DNA of 64,000 nt. Source: Tubulanus polymorphus (Eukaryota; Animalia; Nemertea). The stretch covers positions 16,028,485 to 16,092,484 of the forward strand of contig NC_134027.1 in NCBI RefSeq assembly GCF_964204645.1, written 5' to 3'. The notes under the pieces were generated by a model, which made no database searches, was not told the origin of the DNA, and saw only the letters and a program-made list of their open reading frames with translations. Below are positions 45,972-57,195 of the stretch, in pieces; within the stretch, counting starts at the first letter, position 1, and every line of letters begins with the position of its first letter. A program made the translations under genes and the position numbers.

Positions 45972-46481
45972 GTGAGGTTAGAAAATATTACATGTGATGA
46001 GTTTTATAAACAAAATATTCACTTTGACTTTTGTAACCAAACTGTAAGGATGTCTGTGTCTACCGTTCTATACCCCGAATCACTGGAACTCTGTGAAGCA
46101 TTGTGGCTACCCAAGGAATACTACATGAACATCGACGGTCAAATGAGTATTTTTGATTATGATTATTTTACACATCAAATATCATGTATGCTGGAAAATG
46201 TACTTTTGCGAGAATTTGACGATATTGAGCACGTTACAGCTATAGACTTTGAAATGAAGTACAGCAAAAATACCCATACAAAATTGAACCAACTTTTGAA
46301 CGAGTGTAAATTCACAGATCGGTTCATAGAAGCTGTTGTTGGTATATTCAACTATATAATCAACGGCGAATCCGAATTACCCAATAGACAGTCGATTTGT
46401 GAATGGATACGGTGCTATCTCGAATCGATAGATGCAGACAACAACGTTACGAATGAGCCTGATACTGCCGGTGGTGAATGA
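45972..46481 (+). CDS. Hypothetical protein, paralogue of 22735-23361
   Basis: VLYPESLELCEALWLPKEYY; likely ATG at 46050. Confidence 0.65.
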   Translation: MRLENITCDEFYKQNIHFDFCNQTVRMSVSTVLYPESLELCEALWLPKEYYMNIDGQMSIFDYDYFTHQISCMLENVLLREFDDIEHVTAIDFEMKYSKNTHTKLNQLLNECKFTDRFIEAVVGIFNYIINGESELPNRQSICEWIRCYLESIDADNNVTNEPDTAGGE

Positions 46482-46558
46482 ACAGAAGTAAAAAGTTGGC
46501 GCATGTTGAATAAGAAAAGTTCCAATTACCCAGACCCAGAGTTAGAAAATATTTCGAT

Positions 46559-47150
46559 ATGAAAAAGAGTGATGATCAAATACCCAAGGAACTTGACAAA
46601 TTGTTAAAATCGAGAAATTTTCTGTTTCAGACTGCTGGTAACAAAATAAGTCAAAGTGGTGTTGATTTGGACTTGTGTGCTCCACACAGGGAGTTTGGTA
46701 AAGGATTTTATGTTGGTACTTTGTTTCAACCTGCTGTAAAATGGGCACTGGACAAAAAAGGCTCAATCGCCCATTAAAGAATTTACCACGGTGTTAATCT
46801 ATAAGAGCCCTTTTACCAAAGAACTAACTGTGACCAGTGATGGTCCGATATTCAAAATCATGGATTTGCGTGATAAACTCAAAAAGTGGGAAGATGTAAT
46901 TATTTTCAGTCGAAAGATTAGAATACCACCGGTATTGTCTTTGAGATTGAAAAAAATGCCTAGATGGAGCTGATGAGGTTATAGGCCAAATGGGCCAAGA
47001 CGGACCTCGAACAGAAATGATGAAACCTGGGTGGAAACCTCATCCAGTAAAAGGTTTGGGTACTCAGATTTGTTTCAAAAGTTTATGTGCAAATGATTGG
47101 CTCAATAATAACTTAATTGCTATTGTACGTGTATGGCGAAAATGAACTAA
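46559..47150 (+). pseudogene. DUF3990-like protein, disrupted
   Basis: GVDLDLCAPHREFGKGFYVG...AVKWA, WEDVIIFSR, DEVIGQM, TQICFKS spread over several frames. Confidence 0.6.
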
Positions 47151-47295
47151 TAAACATTTTATTTCATTTATATAAATGGTATCTTTTTATTTATATAATG
47201 GTTTTTAGATTTTACATATACATTTATTATATATTCACAAAGTCTGAGATTGTTCAAGGACTTTGGTATATTATGACCACACCAGCGTTGTTTTT

Positions 47296-48150
47296 CTAGC
47301 AGAGATTCGGCAACGGGAACCGTAATCTCGCCTTGAAACAATTGCTCAACGGTGCTGAACGAACACGGAATGATGTGCATGATTTTCTGTTCAGCTGCCC
47401 CGAAGAGTGTATTGGGTTGATTTTTTTTAGATATATGTGATTTATAAATCGTGCTCCTCGGATATTGAATTCTCTACATTGACACAAGAGTTTAGATTTG
47501 ATCTGTTCGTTGATTTTATCTAAAATTGTCTGTATCTTGGCGCTATCATTTTCGTTGATTACAGTGGCGGGTAAATTGTCCTTCTCTTGTTCAAAACTAT
47601 CCACAATCATGTCAACAATATTGTCCACTGTCACAATGTTAACATTTTCAAGATCATTTTGATTCTCGATGCAATACTCCAAAAGTTTATCCGTAAAATA
47701 TGCCAACTCAAGAACAAATTCGTCGACATACAAATAGTCGCAATGCTGAAAGCTTGTAATAGTTTTCGGTGTAGTGTTGTCATGGTTGGGTTTTACGATT
47801 AAGAAATGCATGCCCATATTCAATGGGAACCGAGTATAGATTTCAGGTCTGTTGAGTGCTGCCCAATACATAGCGGATTTTTGGTTGTGGCTAGTCCTTT
47901 GAGTAGTCGTTTCAACCGAATGGATTGTACAAGTGCTGGGTACAACAGTTTCTTTGCAAGTGTTGTCAATTTTTGTTTTTTTGAGTTTGTGTATTTGCCA
48001 CTAAAGTCGTCAAGAATCTCCTCTTCGTCAATGTTTTCTAAATCGACATCGTCTTCAACGTCGGCTTCACTTCCCAAAATATAGTCGCCCTCATCCACAG
48101 ATTCGGGTTCAGATTCCTCCTCGTCAGAGTCAATCTCGATATCCTCAATG
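47296..48150 (-). pseudogene. Hypothetical gene with acidic N-terminus, split by a frameshift
   Basis: Overlapping minus-strand ORFs 47820-48098 and 47296-47871. Confidence 0.45.
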
Positions 48151-48651
48151 CTATGGCTAGGTTCATTGTTGTGGGTAGGTGCGTGCGTTCCATATGGGAA
48201 TGAGTGAGGTTATGTGATAAATGTTCAGAGTGTCCAGGTTACCAAAATTTCTAACTCGTTAACATATAAAAGATATGTTGTTAGTCAATCGATATGTCAC
48301 AAAATTTAGTGCCAAACTACAAATCATATATATTTACTTACATTCAGTTGACAATTTATACAAGAATCACCAATCATATCATATCAACATGCACAACATT
48401 GAACCAAGCAATGTTTTTACCCTTCTTGATGAAGAAATTTAAGTATATCCTCGTTTTATTTTTGTCTGCTTCTTGATTATCGCTCGGTAAGTCTTTACAT
48501 TTTCTAGGTTTCAACAATATACTGTTGCGGTATCCTACCCATTGACTCTGCTATATCCCCTAGAGGGTTGAATGTGTTGATTTGAATAAAGATTTCAGCA
48601 AAGTATTCAAAATACTTGTCCAATTTATTTAGGAAAGGGTGATATTGTTGT

Positions 48652-49342
48652 CTGGTAATTTTAGGGCAGTCAGTCAAATCAATTCATCCCACCAACCATG
48701 GTATAGGGAAGCGCGGAGATAGCGACACGGCGGTATTGTGTCCTGCGGCTGTCGGACAAGAACCGAGACGAGATACACGATAGCAGCTGCAAGCCGTGTC
48801 AGGATGATGGTGAAATGTGTCGGAGAATCGGTGAAGTGTTGGACAAAGTGAAAAATTGTGAAAGTTGGAAATTTCAAAAAAGTCCCCCAGAAAATCAAAA
48901 ACAGTGACACTATACTATAGCTGGGGTACCGGGGTTCTGGGGTATCTGGGGTACTTGGGGTACCAGAAAAAACAGGTGACTGTTCCATTTTAACAGAATT
49001 TTTGGAACTTAAATTAGTACTAATTTCTGGTACCCCAAGTACCCCAGATACCCCAGAACCCCGGTACCCCAGCTATAGTATAGTGTCACTGTTTTTGATT
49101 TTCTGGGGGACTTTTTTTGAAATTTCCAACTTTCACAATTTTTCACTTTGTCCAACACTTCACCGATTCTCCGACACATTTCACCATCATCCTGACACGG
49201 CTTGCAGCTGCTATCGTGTATCTCGTCTCGGTTCTTGTCCGACAGCCGCAGGACACAATACCGCCGTGTCGCTATCTCCGCGCTTCCCTATACCATGGTT
49301 GGTGGGATGAATTGATTTGACTGAGTGCCCTAAAATTACCAG
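48652..49342. repeat. Palindrome copy 2: 318/319-bp inverted arms (48652-48969, 49024-49342) with a 54-bp AT-rich spacer
   Basis: Arms differ by one substitution and one homopolymer indel as read; spacer identical to copy 1. Confidence 0.95.
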
Positions 49343-49534
49343 TCTGCTCAAAATATTCGACCAACGCCGTTCATATGAGGATCGAGCAAGACAGACACCA
49401 CGGATGTCTATCAAAGATTCGACTAGTAAAAATACCCCAGAACATCAAATATAATATCAGCAAGTTTATTGAACAAAGTGTATTTACATTCTTGTGATTT
49501 AAATAGAAATAAATTAACCAAAAATTCATGTAAT

Positions 49535-49852
49535 TTATTTCTTATGCGTTGTTTCTGTTGGCTTGGTGTTTCTGTTGGCGATGTAGGCGGTTAGGTTGGA
49601 TATCATGTTGTTGATGTCTCTGGGTAGTCGTTGGCAGTGTTGATAGTTGTTATTACTTGCAACATTTCTCATATCTCTCGTTACCTGCTTTAGATCGTTG
49701 TAAAAGGTTGCGTCGTATTCTCTGGCAAAAAGATTTCGTTCGGGCATGGATAAGGATTGAATTTTAGTTGAAAATTCAACCATTTTGGCAATCATTGGTT
49801 CTGTGTCCAAGTTACAGTAGGTGAAATCTCTTCTGAAAATAACGAAATGCAA
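49535..49852 (-). CDS. Small hypothetical protein
   Basis: 105-aa ORF followed by a minus-strand AATAAA. Confidence 0.45.
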   Translation of the reverse strand: MHFVIFRRDFTYCNLDTEPMIAKMVEFSTKIQSLSMPERNLFAREYDATFYNDLKQVTRDMRNVASNNNYQHCQRLPRDINNMISNLTAYIANRNTKPTETTHKK

Positions 49853-50070
49853 GCCACTGGCTGGTGTTGGTGTGAGAGATATTGTTGATGCTGCGCTAAA
49901 AAGAAGAACACCAAAGTACTTGCGACAATACGGACCATTTTAAAAAAGATAAGGTGAGATTTTGTAAGTTACTTTTATACTTAAGGAAGGTGAGAAAAAA
50001 TCTCACCGAAATTTTTTTGTTTTGTATTTAAAAGTACTTAAAACGTAAACCATACCAAGACTTGTCCAAA

Positions 50071-52818
50071 ATGGCTGGTGTTGGTCCGCTTGTACCAGTC
50101 GTAGCAGCACCGATACCTCCCGCTCAAGCCCCAGCACCAACTCCCGATCCGGTGGTAGTTAATCAATGGGATTATTCGTTCATTTCTATTCAAGCTATCG
50201 AAACAGTAAAAAACACTGTTCTAACTCCGCTTATAACGTCCAACTATGCAGAGAAAGAACAAGTGTTTGGAGGTAGCGGCGATAGTGTTATGCAAGAGGA
50301 AAATGCAAAGTACTTGGACAATGATCTCTACATCTCACCAATAAGTACGGTGAATTTTTACAAGTCGATGGAAAATACGATAAGTGAATTTAAACACAGC
50401 ATAGAGAAACATATACCCGATACGCTGTTAATGGCGTCACCTGTTGTTCAGAAACAAAATAAAATTGAAGTTTTTGCCGACACATCGCTATGGCATAGAT
50501 GGGTTTGTGCCACTGCGAATTATATCGAAAAAACACAAGTGAAAAAAGACCGACGAGCATTGTTCTCGGCTGTTACCAACGATCAATTAAAACAATACGA
50601 TGATACCCTCATACAACATATACGGGCGGCAAACATCAATGAACAATTGTTCAACAGGGATGTTTTCGTTGCGGACGATTTTGATCTTCATCAATATATG
50701 GACATGATAATTGCAAGTTCAAACTTGATAGAAACCGCTATAGCGGAGACGTCTTTCGTAGCAGTATATAAACTATCGTTTGCCGTTATTTTGAACTTCA
50801 TCCAGTTTCTGAAAAAATATGAAAATACGGATCATGTTCAGAAAGCTTACAACGACTTGTATGCACAAAGATCGAAAGAATGTTTAAAAGCCATGTTCAA
50901 CAAAGAGAACCAACAAACGTACAAGTCGATAACCGAAACTTTGTTAGACATAACAATGTGCATTATTCAAATATATGGACCACAGGAGCACGGTGGTATT
51001 GGACTGTTTGACGAAGACATGCAAAGTGTCCGAATTTACACACTAGCCCCCAATTTGCACTTGTATTCTATAAAGTGTATGTTATTGGACCAAAATATAC
51101 TCCCGACTATCGTAACACTAGAAGTCACGCCGTATCACGCAAGGCTCATAACGATACCCAGTTTAGATCAACAACAAGCAGGTACACTATCAGCAGAACA
51201 ATTTGTTCTATGGACCGAAGTGAAGAGAACAGAAGCTCTATTGGCACGTGGAAAAAATCCAATCGATGTGGAATTTCTAAACGACATCAAATACACAACG
51301 AAATATCTTGATGAACAGTTGGGAAGTGCATCAAATTTACCCCATAACGCCGAGACTTTTGAAGAGCAGAGAATTTTCATAGAAATGTTAATGGAAAATT
51401 ACCCACAAGAAGAAGGAGTCACAAGGTTGATGAGAAATTTGGGCTATTATAATTATTCAATCACGTCCAAAATGCCAATACTCCATTACTGGCTCCCTAT
51501 ATCGTTGACTTGTTTTACCACACAAGGCACTGACACCACGGGTCGGTATAGCCGATTCCAAACGTTCAAGGAACAACAGTTTGAAAAAAATCCAATGATG
51601 TCGGTACTCATAGCCGGCATAAAATCGGCCAGATACGACGTGTTGTATTTCCCAGAAAGGATTATGCATCACTCAACACCGGCTCCAATAGATTCGAGAG
51701 AATTGTTCAAAAAGGCAAATGATACGAATATAGAAAACGATATAGCTGTTAACCACGTTAACGGTGAATTGATTGTGCTTGCTCTGTTGGTTGGATCACT
51801 TGACTATACGTATACAAGTGGCAAAACAGAAGAACCGGTCGATGCGGCTTACACAAGTTTTGTAGACCAATCTATGATAGACGTAGATGAGAGTGATAAA
51901 TTTGACCATATCAATCGACCGGACTTGTGGTATAGTGTTTGTTGTTCGTTTTTATTACCATTCATAGATCAAAACATGTGTTGGTTAGCCAGACCGCTAT
52001 CAATTGGACCGGACCAACTCGAACGGTACTACGTGGAGAATTTGATACCGTGTTTGCAAAGAGTTATGGCGTTTGCAGAGTTTTTGATTTTCTCGGCCGA
52101 TGAGCTAGCCATGCCTTTGTATGCATCAAGGGTGCTCACGTCAGAATTCAAAATGGACAACAATCTTTTACCTCTACCCACCGACACGATCGTGTTTTTT
52201 ACAAATCCACCAACTGAAACGAAAATAAAACTATTGAAAACACCAAAAAAACAAAAACCCGGTGGTGCTGGAGTAGGAAGTAAGGATATGACCATTACGC
52301 TGTTTGGTGACAAGGACTTTGTGTTGAATAAAGACTTGATCGTGCGCCGACGACAAGACCCATCGCTACCCACGTTTGTAGTAAGAACTATGGCGTTCTA
52401 CAAGATAGGAAACGAGACTTTGATACATCTTTTAGCGTTGAACAATTCAATAAATGAATCAAAAGCTCCGTTTTATTCGTTGATATTCAAAAACATGACA
52501 AAAAACATGAATACTGTGGAAATGTTATTATTAGATTACACAAACATGAGAGCAACAGACTCTAAAGTGTTGTCGCCAAAGGCAGGTGGTGGTACCGCGT
52601 ACGATCGAGGCTCGAGCGGTGTGAGAACTATCACTTATAAAAAAGACCGAAAAGGCGATGGAGCAAAAATTATATTAGAAAACGTCATCGGCACCATAAG
52701 CAAGAGCGCCAACCGTGTCAGACACATTGAAACAACAGCAAAACGAGACTGCGAACGCTGGGACAAATTGTTACGAAAATATTTGGATAAAGAAGACGAG
52801 GATATAACAGAACTGTAA
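50071..52818 (+). CDS. Large hypothetical protein (possible core/structural viral protein)
   Basis: About 915-aa intact ORF; no family recognised. Confidence 0.8.
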   Translation: MAGVGPLVPVVAAPIPPAQAPAPTPDPVVVNQWDYSFISIQAIETVKNTVLTPLITSNYAEKEQVFGGSGDSVMQEENAKYLDNDLYISPISTVNFYKSMENTISEFKHSIEKHIPDTLLMASPVVQKQNKIEVFADTSLWHRWVCATANYIEKTQVKKDRRALFSAVTNDQLKQYDDTLIQHIRAANINEQLFNRDVFVADDFDLHQYMDMIIASSNLIETAIAETSFVAVYKLSFAVILNFIQFLKKYENTDHVQKAYNDLYAQRSKECLKAMFNKENQQTYKSITETLLDITMCIIQIYGPQEHGGIGLFDEDMQSVRIYTLAPNLHLYSIKCMLLDQNILPTIVTLEVTPYHARLITIPSLDQQQAGTLSAEQFVLWTEVKRTEALLARGKNPIDVEFLNDIKYTTKYLDEQLGSASNLPHNAETFEEQRIFIEMLMENYPQEEGVTRLMRNLGYYNYSITSKMPILHYWLPISLTCFTTQGTDTTGRYSRFQTFKEQQFEKNPMMSVLIAGIKSARYDVLYFPERIMHHSTPAPIDSRELFKKANDTNIENDIAVNHVNGELIVLALLVGSLDYTYTSGKTEEPVDAAYTSFVDQSMIDVDESDKFDHINRPDLWYSVCCSFLLPFIDQNMCWLARPLSIGPDQLERYYVENLIPCLQRVMAFAEFLIFSADELAMPLYASRVLTSEFKMDNNLLPLPTDTIVFFTNPPTETKIKLLKTPKKQKPGGAGVGSKDMTITLFGDKDFVLNKDLIVRRRQDPSLPTFVVRTMAFYKIGNETLIHLLALNNSINESKAPFYSLIFKNMTKNMNTVEMLLLDYTNMRATDSKVLSPKAGGGTAYDRGSSGVRTITYKKDRKGDGAKIILENVIGTISKSANRVRHIETTAKRDCERWDKLLRKYLDKEDEDITEL

Positions 52819-52819
52819 A

Positions 52820-54214
52820 ATGGTTAGGAGAAAAAATATTAAAGTCCCAACGTCGACAGATGAAGTTAATGAAGACATCACCACAACCAAGAACAAGCGG
52901 CGGCAAACAAGACAAGATAGCACTAATGTCATATTGAAGAATATTCAACTGGCAACGTGGAAAAAGGCAGTCACTCACGTGCGAAAGACAACAGATGCGG
53001 TGGTAAACGGTCCCGGTCAATTGGACGGAAAGAAAATTATAAAACTTAGCCCAAGTATCATGAAGGCAGCCGTAGACCAATCGTACCCAGTCGGAGAATT
53101 AGTCTCCAAGCAACAAAACAGACGATCGATTCGGAATAGAATAAAATTATGGCAAAGTCGAGACAAGGGACTTGATATCGATGGTTTTAACACAACAGAT
53201 AAAGATTCCGAAATCAACACAAAAACCAAAACAGAGTTATACCCGTACCCACTGACGCTCACTGTTGGCTCTTTGTCCGAAAAAATAAAAAACGACAAAT
53301 CAACAGTTTGCATTTTATCTACTTGTTTAACAATAGATTCGTTGTTGAACACAGAGGACCCGAAACAAGATAAACAGTTAATGGAAAATGCGATATTGGC
53401 CAGCGAAAATGACGACAGTATCAGCATAGCCAGTGAAACAACCAGTGTGGGTGCCTGTTCTTCAATAGGGGGTGAGAGTGTGGGTGTAGCATCCAACGAC
53501 TCTTCTAAATCAAATCACCCAGGCGATTATAACGGTGACATGGGAGTTGAAGAAACCACAACTAGAGATTTACAAAAAGCATCTCATAGCGGTGATGTTA
53601 AACCTTATGTGTATTTGACCATTAAAGGTGTGGAATTTCTCGACACATTTATCGTACCTCATGTTGACGAGATAAATTGTGGAAATACACAAGACGCGAT
53701 CGCGTTTTTAGCACAAGTCCGAAATCACAAATGGAAAGCAATACTTTACAGATTGATTTACCCATCTTTAAGTAAAGTGGGAAATGGTTTTGCCAAAAAA
53801 TGCTACTCTGCGATTAATATAGACGAAGACCATTCATTTTCTATCGTCAAGATGTACGAAATAGAATCGACCAACGCAATGTACAACTTTACCCCGGAGA
53901 TAGAAAGCATAATGGAAGACTTGGACAATATCGGTGGATCAACCACGGTAAACACAGACATTTTACAAAGAATCACGGTCAAGTTGGATAACAAGGCGCC
54001 GAATCGAGCAGTTGAAAAATCTACAGAGGTCATTGGTGGTAATCATCACCTGTTCATTACGTATACGATAACAAAGTCAGATTTGAAAAAATGGTTGGTC
54101 ATGTGCGAAAACATGGAACAATCGAGATACGTTTTCAGTTTCACTTCTAACGAGGTACAAGAATGGATGGATACGAATAAAATTCTAACTTCAAAACTTT
54201 TCATTGGCTGGTAA
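52820..54214 (+). CDS. Hypothetical protein
   Basis: 464-aa ATG ORF starting 1 nt after the previous stop. Confidence 0.8.
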   Translation: MVRRKNIKVPTSTDEVNEDITTTKNKRRQTRQDSTNVILKNIQLATWKKAVTHVRKTTDAVVNGPGQLDGKKIIKLSPSIMKAAVDQSYPVGELVSKQQNRRSIRNRIKLWQSRDKGLDIDGFNTTDKDSEINTKTKTELYPYPLTLTVGSLSEKIKNDKSTVCILSTCLTIDSLLNTEDPKQDKQLMENAILASENDDSISIASETTSVGACSSIGGESVGVASNDSSKSNHPGDYNGDMGVEETTTRDLQKASHSGDVKPYVYLTIKGVEFLDTFIVPHVDEINCGNTQDAIAFLAQVRNHKWKAILYRLIYPSLSKVGNGFAKKCYSAINIDEDHSFSIVKMYEIESTNAMYNFTPEIESIMEDLDNIGGSTTVNTDILQRITVKLDNKAPNRAVEKSTEVIGGNHHLFITYTITKSDLKKWLVMCENMEQSRYVFSFTSNEVQEWMDTNKILTSKLFIGW

Positions 54215-54413
54215 CGAAAAAAAAGTAAAAAAAACTGGTTATGAAACAAAAAACCCAAGTTTTGGTATCGGTTTTTGGTTACAAGTGAGAAAATTATATT
54301 AAACCGGGAAGTCCGGAAAGTAGAATATAAGGTTTGTCACTTCCCTGACTGTACCATTTCTACTCGAAGCTTGGAACTGCTAACATCACACAACATACAA
54401 ACACACTCTCGCC

Positions 54414-55337
54414 ATGTCTCATTCATCGGATATTGAGATTATCACGGACGAAGATCTGTTGGATGAAAAGTACTACGCGAGTCTACTACCCCATCCGAAA
54501 GATTTAAAACGACCACAGAGACCGTCTACTTTAAATTTGTCGCTTAAAGCTGCAACTGGAGGAGTAGCATCACCAGCAGCAGTCAGTGACAAAAAGCGAT
54601 CGGTTGACATGACCGTTGACGAGGCCGTGGAATTGTTGTCCAATGCCAATATTGTGGATAAAAGTGAACAATGTGCGGTTAAAGTCTTGATCACAGCCAC
54701 TGATAAATTGCGCAAAGATACCCAGGAACTGTGGGAAGAATTGAATGGTACAAAAGAAGAGTTATTTCACATGTCAAAAAAACACGAGGCTGCAAAGATC
54801 CGTTTGGGTCAATATTCCGAAGAATTAATAAAGGTAGAGATTGACTGTGAAGTTGCAACGGCCAATGTGGAAATCGAGCGAAAAGCAAAAGAAAACGTTC
54901 AACAGAAACTGTGGGATAAAGAGGCAAATCGTGCATGGGAAAGGAGTGAACGCGAGGATTTAAAAATGAAACTCAAACACTACGAAGCAAAATGTGCAGA
55001 GTACAAAAAAGAGATGAAAAAGCAACACTTGACCCATGCCGAAGAGATGAGAAAACAACAGATGACCCATGACGAGGATATCGCCAAGGCCGTTGACGCA
55101 GCCTACGCAGAACAACACCAACAACAGCAGAAAAAGACAAAGCCACCACCGCTAAAATCATCGGCACCAGCTCGTCGTACAGAACTAAAGGAATTGAACA
55201 TTTCTGTACCCGCATCTCAACATTTGCCGACACAGAAAAACGCATACGAGCCAGTTCCTACCTATCCTTACCCAGGATTTTATATTCCACCGCCAACTAA
55301 TTCAAATTGGCACGGATACCCAATTGTGGAACATTAA
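54414..55337 (+). CDS. Coiled-coil protein
   Basis: E/K-rich heptad region, Pro-rich tail. Confidence 0.75.
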   Translation: MSHSSDIEIITDEDLLDEKYYASLLPHPKDLKRPQRPSTLNLSLKAATGGVASPAAVSDKKRSVDMTVDEAVELLSNANIVDKSEQCAVKVLITATDKLRKDTQELWEELNGTKEELFHMSKKHEAAKIRLGQYSEELIKVEIDCEVATANVEIERKAKENVQQKLWDKEANRAWERSEREDLKMKLKHYEAKCAEYKKEMKKQHLTHAEEMRKQQMTHDEDIAKAVDAAYAEQHQQQQKKTKPPPLKSSAPARRTELKELNISVPASQHLPTQKNAYEPVPTYPYPGFYIPPPTNSNWHGYPIVEH

Positions 55338-55390
55338 GACTACAAAAACAAAGAACAATGATTTGGACTAAAATGTGGACTTTATTATTT

Positions 55391-57052
55391 CTAATATTCA
55401 CTTATATGTGGAATATCTAGGTCGTAGTGTTGCCTAAACTTACAAGTGCCGTGTAACCAAGTTTTAACAATACCTTGCATGCGCTTACGTTTATTACCCA
55501 AATCTTTGCAATTATATTTTTTTCGACGCTTGGTCTGAGGCTCTGATTGTTGATCACAATGTTGTGTTTGTCTTCGCCTTTTTTTAAAGCCAAGCTCGTC
55601 TATGTATCTATGATCATTTTTGTCCATTCTATCTACACTTAGAAAATTGTCTTCAGTGTCTCGTAAATTGTATTTTAATGTGATCAAATCTTGATCTTCA
55701 GAGTCGATTAGACTGTTGCCTGTTTGGCGACCGAATGCAAATGCTGTACACTGAGCCCTGTTTTCTCTAGAACATTGTAATATTTTCAATAAAGGTTCAC
55801 CATAATTTTCAAATGTAACCATTTGTTCGTTGGTTGTCATTTTGTGTGTTTTTAGACTCCTGGCAATGAATTCGATTAAGTAGTTCATCCAGGCTGGTAT
55901 CAGAGTACCCATTTCGGTAGACAATTGTCCCTTCATATTGGCCATAAAAAAGTCCAAGTCGACTTTACATTTTTGTAGCCTTTGACACTCCATCGCCTCA
56001 CTGACAAGTGGAATTACAACATTTTTCAAAGAGTGGGTACAACTCCGACCGCTTATGTTCATCACGTTGCGTTCGTAAAATTGCATCTCTAAACTTTTTT
56101 TCGTTGGCGGGGTTGTGGTACTAGAGTCTGTTGGCGATTTGACCGCCGTCTCAATATTGCCGTGATCTCCCAATTCTATGACTTTCATTTTTGCGTGGAA
56201 ATTTTCTTTACCGATTAGATTTAAGAGTTCTGTAAATGTGCTTTCGTTTCGAACAGACACAAACGGATCGACTATCGTTGATGCACAAGTAGTCAAAGAA
56301 TCTTGAAGATCTTTAGGCGAAGAAACACGACCGTCGAACGCCTCTATGGCTCTTTTAAATAGCAACATTTCATCGACCCCCTTAGAAGCATTGATATTCA
56401 CATAACCCTTATTTATACCCTCTTTGAATTTTTCGACAAACATCATGTTATTGAAACAGGCATCGCTATCCGTACCTTTACGATATTTACATTCGTAAGT
56501 GCCAAACGGGTTGTTGCTCATACAAGTGTCTGCATTTTTATAAGTGGTGCATGTTCCATTTGGCCCGCAAGAGTTTAAAACGTGATGTTTAACTCTCGAC
56601 CCCACACATGTGGTATTTTTGCAATCCGAACAAAATTCGTTATTCAGACCAGAGTATCGTTCACCCAAAACATGGTCGGGTAGCATGTAAACACCGTGCA
56701 TGTGCTGTTTGTCAATTACATTCAGAGGTATGTAGTGGTCTTGTTTCTGTGTCGACATTGGTGAATTATTTTCTTCATCTTTTTTCGATTTCTTGTCGTA
56801 AATTGACCAATCTGAGTTGGCATTGGTTGTCGATGGTAGAGTGATATAACAAGATTCCATGTAGCCATAGTAGCCGTTCTTGTGGATATGTTCAATTCTG
56901 TGTATATCTTTTGCACATTCATCAGAGACGGTAGAGTTACAAAGATATGGTGGGTAATACGGTCGTTTGTTATTTTCCATCCGTACAGCCTCTTTCGATT
57001 TTTTCAAGTCCCGCCGGACATGGGTTATAAAAATTGATTTGGGTAGTAACAT
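55391..57052 (-). CDS. Hypothetical protein with Cys-rich N-terminal region
   Basis: 553-aa ORF with CSDC..C..C..C..C..C cluster. Confidence 0.75.
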   Translation of the reverse strand: MLLPKSIFITHVRRDLKKSKEAVRMENNKRPYYPPYLCNSTVSDECAKDIHRIEHIHKNGYYGYMESCYITLPSTTNANSDWSIYDKKSKKDEENNSPMSTQKQDHYIPLNVIDKQHMHGVYMLPDHVLGERYSGLNNEFCSDCKNTTCVGSRVKHHVLNSCGPNGTCTTYKNADTCMSNNPFGTYECKYRKGTDSDACFNNMMFVEKFKEGINKGYVNINASKGVDEMLLFKRAIEAFDGRVSSPKDLQDSLTTCASTIVDPFVSVRNESTFTELLNLIGKENFHAKMKVIELGDHGNIETAVKSPTDSSTTTPPTKKSLEMQFYERNVMNISGRSCTHSLKNVVIPLVSEAMECQRLQKCKVDLDFFMANMKGQLSTEMGTLIPAWMNYLIEFIARSLKTHKMTTNEQMVTFENYGEPLLKILQCSRENRAQCTAFAFGRQTGNSLIDSEDQDLITLKYNLRDTEDNFLSVDRMDKNDHRYIDELGFKKRRRQTQHCDQQSEPQTKRRKKYNCKDLGNKRKRMQGIVKTWLHGTCKFRQHYDLDIPHISEY

Positions 57053-57195
57053 TTTTTATCATAGATGTTAGATGTTACCTCACCAACGTCTGTACAAAAG
57101 TGACACGTCCGGACACGAAAAGTTCTATTTAGTACTTAACTAACTTCCGGATTACGAAAATTTACGAGGTCCGAAAAAAACGTAACCAAACAAAA

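Noticed and set aside
48674-49414. ORFs in the palindromes (also 23443-24790)
   Set aside because: Mirror-image translations of the inverted repeat; no coding signal.
50071-52818. Assigning this ORF as major capsid or portal protein
   Set aside because: No recognisable motif; would need structure-based search.
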